Assembly (NCBI RefSeq): GCF_009914755.1
Contig: NC_060947.1
DNA: 64,000 nt
Strand: one strand, 5' to 3'
Source of the DNA: the human T2T-CHM13v2.0 reference genome, Homo sapiens
Positions 15,511 to 29,961 of the stretch are shown here, one piece after another. Every line of letters begins with the position of its first letter. Within the stretch, counting starts at the first letter, position 1. The position numbers and the translations under genes are program-made. The notes under the pieces were generated by a model. It saw only the letters and a program-made list of their open reading frames with translations, was not told the DNA's origin and searched no databases.

Positions 15511-16387
15511 TATCTCATTCATAATTGAAGCCAAACTTGTATTTATCCTTCTATTATAGTAGCAAATAGACTTCTTTATTATCTCTATCAAAACATGATA
15601 CAAAATTGATCTCTTCCCCTCTCCTAATGCCATCTTATATGTGCTTTATCTTTTTATTTTTACTTTATGATTAAATTAATATCATTCTGGCAACGTACTT
15701 AAGTATAATTAATTATGACTCCTTCTTTGCTCAAGATAAAAATATATCATTAGTGACTATGAACTCATCTATCAAAAAGGGTATTAACCTATCTGTTCTA
15801 ATTAGTTCAATTTATTATAGGGATTAGAAAACAGAAATATCATAGTGACGTCGTATTCTTTGTTTTTTTGACTTATGACAGGTAAATCAAAAGTGTACCC
15901 TTTATTATTAGTTAATTTTTAATAATCTCAGTACAGTCAAATAGTATACTTCATTTCTTCAGTATGTCATATTTACAAGGATATACTTTGTCTTTATTCC
16001 TCTCATTCATTTTGCCTTCATATGCTCTTTTTAAGTACATTTTAATAGTAAAAGCCCCCAAAAACATGTAAATCTTTTGAGCTTTTGAGGGTTTCTGACC
16101 AAAGATAACAATAGTATCAATAGCTGTATCTTTGGAGATTTGAATTTTTAATATAATGGTTGAAAAATAATACTGACAAACATTAAGCACTTTCTTTGTC
16201 CTGTGGGATAGGGTGGAGGGAAAAACTGATTGGCTTCTAATTACATAAGAGAGGAGATAGGATAATTAGACACCACTTGTAAAAATAATTCCAAGTACAG
16301 GAAAAATGCTGATAAATACAAATCTTGTGGGGATAAAGGAGAGAAATAGAAAGGAATCAACATTAACACTTAACGGTATTTATAGAA

Positions 16388-18905
16388 TAAGCATACCTCG
16401 ACGATATTGTGGGCTCAGTTCCAGACCATTGCAATAAAGTGAAATACTGATAAATACAAATCTCTCAGATTTTTTTTTTTTTGGTTTCCCAATGCATATA
16501 AAAATTGTGTTTACATTAAGCTATAGTCTATTAAATGTGCAAGAGCATTATGTCTTTTAAAATGTATATACCTTAGTTTAAAAATATTGCTAAAAAATGC
16601 TGAAGATCATCTGCACCTTCAGGGGATAGTAATCTTGTTGCTGGTGGAAGGTCTTACCTCAATATTGATGGTTACTGACTGATCAGAGTGGTGGTTGCTA
16701 AAGGTTGGAGTGGCTGTGGCATTTTTTTTTTTTTTTTTTTGTAGAAACAGGGTTTTGCCATGTTGCCCAGGCTGGTATTGGATTCCTGGACTTGAGTAAT
16801 TCTTCTGTCTTGGCCTCCCAAAGTGCTGGAAGTACAGGCATGAGCCACCACACCTGGCCTGGCAATTTCTTAAAATAAGACAACAGTGATGTCTGCTGCA
16901 TCAATTGACTCTTCCTTTCACAAAAGATTTCTCTGTAGCCTGCCGTGCTGTTTGATAGCATTTTACCCATTGTAGAACTTCATTAAAAAATTGGAGTCAG
17001 TCCTCTCACTGCTGCCACTTTATCAACTAAGCTTACATAATATTGTAAATCCTTTATTTTTATTTCAACAATGTCCTCAGGATCTTCACCAGTAGTAGTT
17101 TCTATGTCAAGAAACCATTTTCTTTGCTCATCCTTAAGAAGCAACTCCTCATCTGTTAAAATTTTATCATGAGATTGGAGCAATTCAGTCACATCTTCAG
17201 GCTGCACTTTTAATTCTAGTTCTCTTGCTATTTCTACCACATCTGCAGTGATTTCCTTCACTGAAGTCTTGAACCTCTCAAAATTGTCCATGAGGGTTGG
17301 AATAAACTTCTTCCAAACTCCTGTTAATGTTAGTATTTTGACCTCCCTCCCATGAATCATGAATGTTCTTAATGGCATCTAGAATGGTGAAACTTATCCA
17401 AATAATTTTCAATTTATTTTACACAGATGTATCAGAGGAATCACAATTTAATGCAGCTATACCCATGGAAAATATATTTATTAACTAATGAGATTTGAAT
17501 ATCAAAATTATTCTTTGATTCATGGACTATAGAATGAATGTTGTGTTAGCAAGAATGAAAACAACTTTAATCTGCTCGCATGTCTCCATTAGAGCTCTTG
17601 ACTGACCAGGTACATTGGCAATGAGCAGTAATATGTTGAAAGGAATCTTTTTTTCTCAGCCGCAGATCTAAACAGTTGGGTTAAAATATTCAGTAAACCA
17701 TGCTACGAAAATATGTGCTGTCATTCAGGCTTTGATGTTCCATTTATAGAGTTCAGGCTCAGTTCATTTAGCGTAATTCTTAAGTGCCCTAGGTTTTGCA
17801 GAATGGTCAATGAGCACTGGTTTCAACTTAAAGTTGTCAAATGCATTAGCTACTAACAAGGGACTCAGCCTGTCCTCTGAAGCTTTGAAGCTAGGCATTG
17901 ACTTCTTTTCTCTATGAAAGTCCTACATGGTATCTTCTTTCACTCTATGGCTGCTTCATCTACATTGAAAATCTGCTGTTTAGTGTAGCCACCTCCATGA
18001 ATTACTTTAGCTAGATCTGGATAACTTCCTGCAGTTTCTTCATCAGCACTTGCTGCTTCACTTTGCACTTTTTTGTTATGAAGATAGCTATTTTCCTTCA
18101 ACCTCATGAACCAACCCCTGCTAGCTTCAGCGTTTTCTTCTGCAGCTTCCTTACCTCTCAGCCTTCATAGAATTAATCTTTTCTCTGGATTAGGCTTTAG
18201 CTTAAAGGAATGTTGGGACTGGTTTGATCTTCTGTTCAGACCACTAAAACTTTCTCAATATTAGCAGTAAAGCTGTTTTGCTTTTTTGTAATTAATGTGT
18301 TAACTGGAATATAACTTTTACTTTTCTTCAAGACCTTGTCCTTTGCAGTCACAACTTGGCAAACTATTTGGTGCAAGAGGTCTAGCTTTTGGCTTATCTT
18401 GGCTTTTGACATGTCTTTCTCACTAAGCTTAGTCATTTCTACCTTTGATATAAAGTTAGATATGCATGACTCTTTTTCACTTGAACACGTAAGATGCCAT
18501 TTTATGGTTATTAATTGGCCTGATTTCAATATTGTTGTGTGTCAGGAAATAGGCCAGAAGAAAAAGAGAGAGATGGGAAAATGGCTGGTCAGTGGAGTAA
18601 TCATAGCACACACATTTATTGATTGTTCGCCCTCTTATCTAGGCCTGGTTTGTGGTATCCAAAAGCAATTATAATAGTGACATCCAAGGCCACTAATCAC
18701 CATAACAGATATAATAATAATGAAAACGTTTGGAATATTGTGAGAGTTACCAAAATGTGACACAGAGACCCAAAGTAAGCACACGCTGTTAGAAAAACGG
18801 CATGGATAGACTTGTTGGACACAAGGTTGCCACAGATCTTCAATATGTAAAAAACACATCTGTAAAGAACAACAAAGTGAAGTGCAGTAAAACGTGGTAT
18901 GCTTG
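16388..18905 (-). mobile_element. Near full-length Tigger1 (pogo-family DNA transposon) with decayed transposase
   Basis: TIRs 'taagcatacctcgacgatattg' and 'gtaaaacgtggtatgcttg', the latter followed by TA. ORF 18236-18529 gives the HTH region (KLSEKDMSKAKISQKLDLL); ORF 16983-17378 gives the C-terminal region ([21 protein letters not shown]). Confidence 0.95.
16722..16859 (-). mobile_element. Alu monomer (FLAM/AluJ left arm) inserted in Tigger1
   Basis: Poly-T plus a single monomer, flanked by tggca(t/a)ttt. Confidence 0.88.
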
Positions 18906-21434
18906 TAAATGTTATATTATTGTGTTTACAACATGCTGCGCTGAGCAATTTACAGATGTTATATCTAATTTTCAAAATAGTCCTTCTGAAGAAGAGGAAT
19001 TACAAACTCACTGTGGAGTTTAAGAAAAAGTGGGTAAAATATTGTGGTGAGAGAGTTAATTAACTTTCCTACGATCAAAAATTATAAAGTGCCAAAACAA
19101 AAAATCAAGGCCAAGTCAGTCTGACCCTAAGAATAATGCTTCTCCCAGAACTTTACATCACTTGGATGAAATGTATCCAAGAGTTATTCTCAGCAGTTAA
19201 GATTTGGCCACTAAGAAAGTAAGGCTTTCTGACAAATCTGCCATAGATGGGCCATTCAGAGAGTGAGCTAAATATAAAGGAAAGAAAATAAGAGGCAAGG
19301 CCTCCTGCACTATTTTAATGATATGCACATCCTTTAAAATGTGTCTTATTTTAATGTCTTTTCCCCCAGAATAACATCAAAGCGACAGGCATTCCATTCT
19401 GTCGTTGCTATCCAATGTCATATCTATTTTTCTCAGCGATGCACTGCTTTTTGACCAAAATAATGATATTTATTAGTTTGGATGAGTCACCTTTTTTTGC
19501 ATAGTACTCAGCCCACTGGCTTCTTTGAATCCCTTTCTAGATATACAGGGAATAGTTACTATTAGTCTAGCTCTAAAATTGTATATTATTAAATTGCTCC
19601 ACAAATGTTGCATCCAGTCATTTCCTCTTCATTTTTCCCTCTTAAGGTGTTAGAGAGCTGTGAGCTACATTTTCTTTCTATAAAAAGCAAGAGTAACGTT
19701 AGACATCGCTCAGATCTCAGAAGAAAACATGTTGAATGACGATTGAAATTTGACATTAACTAGTGCTATTGCAGTCTTAACTGAAGGTCACAGGATATGT
19801 GACCACCAAAATTCCCTCCTAGACTCAGTGGTGGATGCCAGAGATTTTCTCCACTGTTTTCCTTATCTGCTTTCGTCACTCTGTCCCATAAAGTTCACAG
19901 GGCTTCTCTAAGGGAAGGGTCAGGCACTGTAATGAACACTTATCTTTTCTTTTAAAGACTTCCAGAGATAGAGGTTTTGCAGCAGTGAATCAGTATGCCT
20001 TTCTGGTAGTTCGCATTGTCATGAAATTCTTTCTTTTATTTTCACTTTTCTTACTCCCCAATCCAAAGCTGCTTCTCTTTTTGTTTTTCTTCTTTTTATT
20101 ATCCTTCACCTCACAATCCATCATACATTTGTTTTTATGTAATTTTTAGCATTTTTTTTCAAATGAAATAGGCCATTTTAGATTCTTTTTTATGAATCAA
20201 TTTTTCAATTAAGGTGAGTTCTTTCTGAGATCAGAATTTTTTTCTGTATGCAGTACTAGGGAGGTTACAAGCCATATGAGTAAACGCTTAGCACAGAAGA
20301 CAAGAGATTGGTGTTCGAGAACATTTCAAAAGTGGCTTCAAATGCAAAACTACACAGAGCAAAATTTCTGTTTTCATTTATTACATATTATATGGAGTTA
20401 AATGTTAAATACTATTATACCTCAGTACCGTGATTCTGCCTTTATCTTCATTGATTTTAAACAAAAGATCTCTTTTCCATCTTCTCGCTTTAAGTTGCTC
20501 TAGAGTTGCGAATCGGGGTTTATAATCTGAAGCAAATACATCAAGACATAAATCAGGTTAATAGGGGAAAATCCAGATGTCCAAATTATACTCTACGTCT
20601 TTTATCCAAAATTTGAATTATTTGCCTGTTCATTTTTCAGAAGCGACTTCTGCAAATACACATTATAGTAAAACGAATGAGACAAGAATATTTATTTTTC
20701 TGGCTTATATTCTGATTTCTGACATGTTATCTTCCAATATGGGTATCTACTGCCCATATTGATATCTACTGCCCATAGCAACTGCCCAGTTGTCAGTAAC
20801 CCCATCCCTATTTTTGTACCCATTAAAAAAAAGATTTGTGTTTAGTTTCATTGGAGCAGTAGTTTTCAGCATGAATTTGACCTTTTTTTTTTCTAAGACC
20901 AATTACTAGTTAAATTTATCATCTGGTATTCTGTTCTTTGTCCCTTCAATAGACTCTTGTTTCAATCTCTTGCCATTCTGTGACTTGCCATTCCCTTGAG
21001 ATGTGATAACTAACTAAAGTTAACTTAATAGCAGCATAGAAAATTCAGAGAGTATCATCTGTACAAGTGTATGTGTATAGTAATACCTAAAATTTAGTAC
21101 AGGGCATGTGCTTGTGTCTCTAATCAGGACCTTATGTTTTTGCTATGAGGAACTCTATGATTTCTAATAATTAATCCTCAACCTACCACAGAATTAACTC
21201 TGACAGTTGGGAACACCTAAATGTTTTCCCTACTCAGTTAATATAAAACAGTGCCAGAAAGGAATCCTTAAATGGAAACTTGGAAGAATATTCACAAACT
21301 ATTACATGTCTTCAATCAACCCACAAAATGAACTTAAACCTCATTTTTATTAAATGAACTTAACCTTTGTATCTATGCAGTATTACAATTAACATTAGCA
21401 TAACCCTCTTATTAATTTTGAATTCTTTTTGTCA

Positions 21435-21898
<464 letters not shown>

Positions 21899-22614
21899 GT
21901 AGAATTACTATCTTATCAGTTCTTGGCCAACCATGTACACAACTGAATACTGAAAAGTTAATACATTCTTTATCAACCTTGCCTTACAAATATTATAACG
22001 ATATCCTTTCTTGAAGCTAGTTTATTGAGTTTTAATTGATAACCATTTAAAAGAAAAATATTTCAATAATAATGCAAATTTCGTGAGGGCATGGAATTCA
22101 TTCATTGGGTCATTTTCTTATTTTTTGCTCCAATTTTTTAAATTTTAGAAGATTAAACACGGAGTGCTACCGGGTGACCTAAGAATGAATTGGGATACAA
22201 TACTAACAAATAGAATTCAGTACTTGGGCTCCAGATTCCCTGTTGCTCCCTGTAGCCAAATCTTTTTCAGGTATCAGAATATAATAGGTCAGTATCTGAA
22301 CTTTGAAGAGTATCTGCCCTTAAAATAAAATTCATTCTTAATTCATCACGGGAGATGTATGTCCTTGTAGGCTGACTTTAGCATTTTTTTTCTTTTTTCT
22401 TCTACAACCTGCAACATAACATTTGGTATATGGTTCCAGTTCTATGATCATTAGCAGCCTTTGGAGTACTGTAGGTGGCAAAAATGAAGTGAAGAAAAGA
22501 AGAATTTTCAAATTCCTTCATGAAGCTAAGACTTTAGGAGAATTGAGATTTTTTAATAAGCTCTACTCTAATTGCTTGCTTAATAGTTCATGTTTACAAT
22601 GGGGAGCCATTGTT

Positions 22615-23692
22615 CGCACACTACCCATCTGACAAGTGATTCATAACCAGAATATATAAGGAGCTCAAATAACTCAATAGGAAAATATTAATAATACCAT
22701 CAGAAATGGGCAAAATATATCCATAGACATTTCTGAAAAGAAGACACCCAAATCTCATACAAGCATCTGAAAAAGTGCTCAGCATCATTGAACATCAGAT
22801 AAATGCAAATCCAAACTGCAATGAGATATCCTCTCACCCCAGTTAAAATGGCTTTTATCCAAAAGGCAGGCAATAACATATGCTAGTGCAGATGTGGAGA
22901 GAAGGGAACCCTAGTACCGTGTTGGTGGAAATGTAAATTAGTACAACCACTATAGAGAACAGTTTGGAGTTCCCTCAAAAAAACAAAAATTGAGCTACCA
23001 TATGATCCAGCAATCCCATTGCTTGATATATACCAAAAAGAAAGGAAAACAGTATATTGAAGAGACATTTGCACTCCTATGTTTGTTGCAGCACTGTTTA
23101 CAATAGCTAAGATTTGTAAGCAACCCAACTTTCCATCAACAGATGAATGGAGAAAGAAAATGTGGTACATACACACAGTGGTATACTATTTAGCCATAGC
23201 AAAGAATGAGCTCTTGCCATTTGCAACAACACCTATGGAACTGAAGATCATTATGTTAAGCAGAAAGACAAACATTGCATGTTCCCACTTTTTTGTGGGA
23301 TCTAAAAATAAAATCAATTGAACTCAGGAACGTAGAAAGTTGAAGGATGGTTACCAGAGTCTGGGAAGGGTAGCTGGGGTTTGAGATGAGGTGGAGATGG
23401 TTAATGGGCCCAAAAATACAGAAAGAATAAATAAAACCTACAATTTGATGACACAATAGCATCACTATAATCAATAATAACTTAATTGTACATTTTTAAA
23501 TAACTTGAAAAGTGTAATTGGATTGTTTTAAATTCAAAGGATAAATGCTTGAGGGGACAAATATCTCATTCCCCATGATGAGATTATTTCACTTTGCATG
23601 CCTGTATCAAAACATCTCAGGTACCCCATGAATATATACACCTGGTATGTACCCACAAAAATTAAATAAAAAATTAGAAATTAAAAAAATAA
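22615..23692 (+). mobile_element. L1MA1-3-like 3' fragment
   Basis: ORF2 C-terminal peptide [11 protein letters not shown]...[12 protein letters not shown], the L1MA 3' UTR and an A-rich tail. Confidence 0.92.
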
Positions 23693-24530
23693 AAGTATTA
23701 TGATTTCAATTCCCATGAAGAATATTTGAAATTAGTGAACACATTTTTTCTTGCTAAATTACACATGGTATTATTAACATATCTTTAGAAAGGTTATAAC
23801 TTATTTTAAAGCACTAGACACTGTCTCAAATGAGCCAGTCTTATTTACTATAATAAGCTAGAAAATTAGCCCTAAAATTAATTTACTTTAAAACATTTAT
23901 CAGACCCTAAAGCTAAAAGAAAATACTTTTTAAAAGAGCAACGCATAAAATATATTCTCCTATTTAAAAATCCTGCCCATGAGAAGGGATCTAACATAAT
24001 TGAGTATTTCTTGGGAAGAACATTTACTCATGTTTTCAAGATCCAACTGAATTGTTCAGCCCAAATATCTGAATTTTACTTTGCTGACCCCAGAACTAAG
24101 TTTCTTCATTTCAAGCAGTAATATCCAGCATATTTAAAAACAAATTATAGATTTATTATGAATAAATGAAAGAGTACATGAGTGAATTAAGTGGACCCTT
24201 ATCTGACATATTTCAAGATAGCTCTTTTAGCATAAGGGGCATTCTACATTTCAGGGTGAATTATTAGAACTACTTCTAAATGTACTCTTATTCCCAAACA
24301 CGAGTCATAAACAGAATGAGATTGATAACTGGGGGATTAATAGTGAAAACGGTCTCTTTATTTGATTAAAAGAATTTGTGTCATTTTTCTAGAACAGGAG
24401 TGTACATAATGTACCTAGCAAAATTAAAGAGAAGATTTAGTTTAAGAAAATAAAAATTATATTCACACACACATATACAGACATACGCACATGTGCATAT
24501 CCTGCATGTATTTAATGAGTCCTAAGTTGT

Positions 24531-24845
24531 TTTATTTTTATTTATTTATTTTTTTGAGACGGAGTTTCACTCTTGTTGCCTAGGCTGAAGTGCAATGGCG
24601 CAATTTTGGCTTACCGCAACCTCCGCCTCCAGGGTTCAAGTGATTCTCCTGCCTCACTATATCCCGAGTAGCTGGGATTATAGGCATGCACCACCACATC
24701 CGGCTAATTTTGTATTTTTTAGTAGAGAGGGGGTTTCTGCATGTTGGTCACGCTGGTCTCGAACTCCCGACCTCAGGTGATCCACCTGCCTTGGCCTCCC
24801 AAAAGTGCTGGGATTACAGGCATGAGCTACCACTCCCACCCAGCC
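24531..24845 (-). mobile_element. AluSp-like with 15-bp TSD
   Basis: tgagtcctaagttgt at 24516-24530 and 24847-24861. Confidence 0.96.
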
Positions 24846-27800
24846 TTGAGTCCTAAGTTGTGATGGGAATCTTTAGAGAAATTCCAGTTCAACCCATTTC
24901 CATATAATCCTGACAGTGTTATTATATTTCTCTATATTTTAATAAGAATTCAAATTATTATGTCAAAATCTCTAAGAAAAGAAGACGTAGTGTTTTAATG
25001 AAGTTTTAAGTATGAAAAAAAGAACATTCAGTTGTCTTTTAAAAATACTACCTACAAATGCATACTGTAACTCTGGTGACAAAATGAGAATATCAGCATT
25101 AAGACCCAGAAAATAAGGTGCATGTTAAGCCCTATTATTTGTGACATTATTAATTGGTGAAAGATAAGTGCAGGATTGATAAAGGTCACAGAGGGATATG
25201 CTGCATGAGATAATTAGATCCACATACTTTAAACAAACCCAGCCTTACATTAGATTTAGATCGCTGTCTGAACTAAAGGGTAGAATGCTTTAATGCACCA
25301 CTTTATCCTGAAGCATTATATTTCACACTGTGGAAAGTTGCCATTTTTATGGGTTTATAGGATGAAAAAATTTTCTGGAGAAAAAAACACAGTAGGATTG
25401 ACGTTTACCGAAATAGGCAGTGATTAGTGAGCAATCTGTGTTGATGTAACAAGCACATCACCATTGTTTGTTTCTGGATGAGTTATTAATGCTAGATGCA
25501 TTAGTCATGGTTTCCATCATTAATTTAGATTTATTCCATGGCTGAAAAGGTTATTCTAACAGTGGAACATGCCTGTGATACCTTTCAGAGAAATGCTAAT
25601 CACAGTCCACTGAATCTGTATGTATTATTTAGTGCCATTACCAATCCTAAAGCTTTCTAGATTTTTACTTCTCTATTATTTGTGTTCATAGATCTTGGTA
25701 ATGCTATATAGCGTTCACACTATGATAATAAAGAGCAACTATAGGAGTTATAGCCAGTCTAGGGTCTTGCTCAGAGTAGCATTGAGATGGGAGAGAATGT
25801 GCAGAGGATTAAGGAATTTAAAATTATGAATAATTAGACATAAATAGCACAGAACAGGTCACACATCTGTTGGCTAAGTGTCAGTGATTGAGGAAAAAGA
25901 AAAAAATAATTACCTTACTCGAAGATCGATAAGCAGAGACCAGCATTTCCTAAAGTATGTTCTATTGAAGACTAATACAAGGAGATACTTTTAAAAGTAA
26001 AAATAAATAAATAAAGGTGCAGTGGTCTATTGTGTTTGGGAATAAGAACAGAAAACTGGAATTATCTATGACTTGAGTCAATAATGACATCCATTATTGA
26101 TGATAACAGTTCTTTTCTAGGTTTGGTAGAAATAATAATCGAAAGTTACCTTATGTGAGGATTTACCAGAAATAAACAGTCAAAGGACTTCTCTATAAAA
26201 TATCATTTCTTAGCGAGCATTGACCTCTTTTTTGTGACATATGGGTTTGTAAATTAAAAAGTATGTAATAGACCTAAGGATATAAAAACAAGTGATTCAA
26301 AATACTCTGATGAAAAGAAAAGAAACCTTTGAACCAAAGAAGTGGCTTTCAATTTAGATGGTTCTCAAAGACAGAAAACATTTTTTAAAGATTAGCAATT
26401 TTTGTTTATTGTTCTTTAAACCCCAAAGTCGAGGTGCAGATTAACCCTTCTAATTAGGCTTCATCTATGGGGGAGTACAAATTGTTTCAAAGATTCAAAA
26501 TCATTTGAATATTTACTATTTTGCAAACAGCTGGATTCCCTTGCTCTTTTACCTGTAAAGTGTATGAATGCAAAACTTCTAGGAAATGGTGGGGAAGAGC
26601 ATACACCCCCACCAAAACAGGCCTTGCATTGTTGTTATTTTACCGTTTATAAAAACCTTCCTACGATGATAGATTTAATCTATAGCTGTTAGGCAGGAGA
26701 AATCCCAGAGATGGGTGTTTGCAATACTAAGAGTAAGTTTAGCATTTTCCTAATTCTATGTAATGCATGCTCCTTTTAAAGATACTATGGCCTCTAGTAC
26801 ATAAGTTACAGTAATTCTTCACAATAGTTCGGTGCTTGAAGAATGAGATGGCAGACATTTTAAAAGATGTAGAAGGAATGCTTCAGCCACAAATATTCCA
26901 AAGATATAATATTTTATCACCTGGGTGATGAATATTTGAATCGATTGTTTTTAGCTTAAGTTTTTTTTCATCTCTTCTAAAACTGATTACCATAGAAACA
27001 ATTGTATTAGTCATGAAATTATCAGATTTAGTTATCAGGTTGTTTACAAAACTTCAAGCATTGTAAATTATCTTTTCCATATGGAAAGTAATATAGATGG
27101 AGATCGTTTCAGTGCATCTTAAACTATATTGGTGGCCAATATAGAATGCAATTTTTTTTTTATAATTCTCAAGTTAATATAATACGGTAGGTTTTTCTTA
27201 ATCCTCATGTTAATGCATTATTTTCAAAAATTACAATTTTTATATTGCGAGAAACACTTCAATGAAGCTCCCACATGTGAGAAAAACACTAGAAATAGAA
27301 AGGCTTCCTTAAACCACATAAAAAATCAACTTAGTAGGAATGAAGCATTAATTTAAAAGTGCATGTGTGTGCACACACAGAGAGTTTTATCAACTCCTAT
27401 GAGATTTCTTGTAAGAATTTAAGACTAAATGTGATGTCTCAAATTAAAATTAACTCTGTAAGTAAAACTCTGCAGTGTACCAAGAACAAAGGGTAAGGAA
27501 TACATAGGTACTATCAAAATTGCCAGAGACTCCTTTCAGTAGAATGTCAGTGTTCCAATTTTTCTTAACTTTAGACGTCAAAGTTATTAGCTCCATAGGT
27601 GAATATAATTTCCTGTAATGTAAATAATTGACTAAAGTTTACTGTTTTTTGAACATCTGAACCCTGTGTGAAGACCGTTAGTGAATTTATGTGTTTAATT
27701 CATAAAGATATTTATACATATTATTAGCTTAAGCCATCTTATTTGCTATTAACAATGAGTATCATGCTATGAAAATTTCCTCAACCAGATTTTATGAAAA

Positions 27801-28920
27801 ATTGACATATGAAGTTTTTTAATGAATATATTAAATAAGCAGCTAAATACTGATACTAATACTGAAAAAAAAATGACAATATTTGACATACCAGAGAACT
27901 TGAAATGAAAAATATTAATATTAAGTGACTGACCCATTTATATAATCTTCCTTAGTTCTGAGCTTTTCTGGATTTAGTGAGAGCCTTATATTGTCACAGA
28001 AATAAAGTCAATTATATTTCAGGGAAAAAATCATGAAAGATCATGACCTAACAGTATGCCCAAGGGACTGGAAATAAAAATATCTTTGAGTTAATTAATC
28101 TCACTAGTGTGGATAATATAATGTGTACTTTCCATTGGTGTTGTAAGAATAAATAGAATTTCTGTCTTGTTACTATAATGTATTGGTGATGATAACACAG
28201 AGCCACCTCAATACTACAGGGACAAAGTGGACACTGGAGAAAATAAGGTCTAGTAAGTGGAATTTCATGAAAGAAAGATATACCAATAGAAATACATTTT
28301 AATTTAGGACCTCTGGTACCTTGAAAGGATCTGGTCTGCCTTTTTCTACTTCAAGTTGCCATTGTTTACCTGATGTATTAAGTTTGGCTTCTGATAAATG
28401 TAGTTCTTATTCTCCCAGAGTTACCCAGAGAAGGAGAGAGAGGACATCAATAGGAAACTCTTTTAAGACAGAGATTATTGCCTTAGCCTAAATTTCTATT
28501 AGATTTATTTTCTCCTTAAGAAATTAGAGACATAATGATATCTTTATTATTCAAATACAAGGAGTGGTTCTAAGGTTCCTTCATTTCTTAAAGAAAATTT
28601 TCTTTATTAAATACAATATACTAGTGGACACCATACAATCATTATCATCCACTAAGTCTATACTGCATTTAAGCATATATGAGAATAGACAGTAAAGACA
28701 AGATATGTTTAGTTGTTCTGAGAAGAATAAATTAGGAAAGAGTAGAAATGGAAGAAGAGATACAGGTTAGGTTCATGTAAAAAAACAACATGAAAAGTGA
28801 AAAGATGCTTACCTTTGGAAGCAGTGAGATTTAATAATATATTAAAAGGGATGTAGGATAAGTTGGGGAGTAATATATTTAACAAGAAGAAAGTTCTCCT
28901 CCTTCATTTAAAAAAAAAAA

Positions 28921-28971
28921 GGAGAAGGCAAAGCAAGATGGTGGAATAGAAAACTCCACCAATTCTGCCCC
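28921..28971 (+). mobile_element. Isolated L1M 5' tip
   Basis: 'gcaagatggtggaatagaaaactccacc' resembles the L1MA/PB 5' terminus. Confidence 0.65.
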
Positions 28972-29337
28972 TGTATTAGTTCCTTTTCACATGCTGATAA
29001 AGACATACATAAGACTGGGCAATTTACATAAGAAAGAGGTCTAATTGGGTTCACAATTCCACGTGGCTGGAGAGGCCTCACAGTCATGGCAAAAGGCTAG
29101 GAGGAGCTAGTCATGTCTTACATGGATGGAAGCAGGCAAACAGAGAGCTTGCGCAGGGCAACTCTTGTTTTTAAAGCCATCAGGTCTCATGAGACCCATT
29201 CTCTATCATGGGAATAGCACAGGAAAGACCCACCTCCATCATTCAATCATCTCCCACTGGGTCCCTCCCACAACACATGGGAATTATGAGAGCTACAAGA
29301 TGAGATTTGGGTGAGGATACACAGCCAAACCATATTA
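28972..29337 (-). mobile_element. Solo THE1 LTR (ERVL-MaLR)
   Basis: 'tgtattagt...gctgataaagacatac' through 'acagccaaaccatatta'; flanks gcccc/ccccc. Confidence 0.93.
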
Positions 29338-29489
29338 CCCCCACACAATAACAGGCTTTTTAGAACACCATATCATTTTCAAAACAGAATATAAATTAAA
29401 TGTCTTTGGGAGGAAAAAGTAAAAAAGGTAAATTATAGTAAAACATAGCCATAATACTTGTGATGTTATCACATAATTTTATGTGTACA

Positions 29490-29830
29490 ATAAAAATGTC
29501 CCTAATAAATATTTTGAATACCCTATAACAGGTCCTGCTCTAGGAAGTTGAGGTCTACCAGAGGACAAACTAGAAAAAAAAAATGTCCTACTTAACATAA
29601 AAGAGTATGCTATCAAGAAAGCTGAGGATGTTACAGATGGTCTCTCTGTGAAAGTAATATTTAAGTTTATTCCTGAAGGTTTATTAACACTGGGTGTGTA
29701 GATGTGGGAAGGATTTCTAGGTGGAGAAAACAGCTTGTACAAAAGCCCTGAAATGAACATGCTTAGCATGTTGGAAGAACCGACAGAAGACCTGTGAATC
29801 CAGAGCAAGGATTTCAAAGGGGACAAGCAC
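29490..29830 (-). mobile_element. L2 fragment
   Basis: 'aataaatattttga', 'ttctaggtggagaaaacagcttgtacaaaagccctga...gcatgttggaagaac'. Confidence 0.65.
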
Positions 29831-29961
29831 TTAAATTTTAGTGGTGAAAGAAAGACAATAAATATATAAGATAAGCAAATTTTATTATTTGCTAATTTGC
29901 TCTCTCAAATTTTATAGCATGTTAAAAGATGTTGAGTGCTGTATAGAAACATAGTGCAGAG

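Noticed and set aside
20744-20777. 15-bp direct repeat with a short spacer
   Set aside because: Only two copies; an ordinary micro-duplication, not an array.
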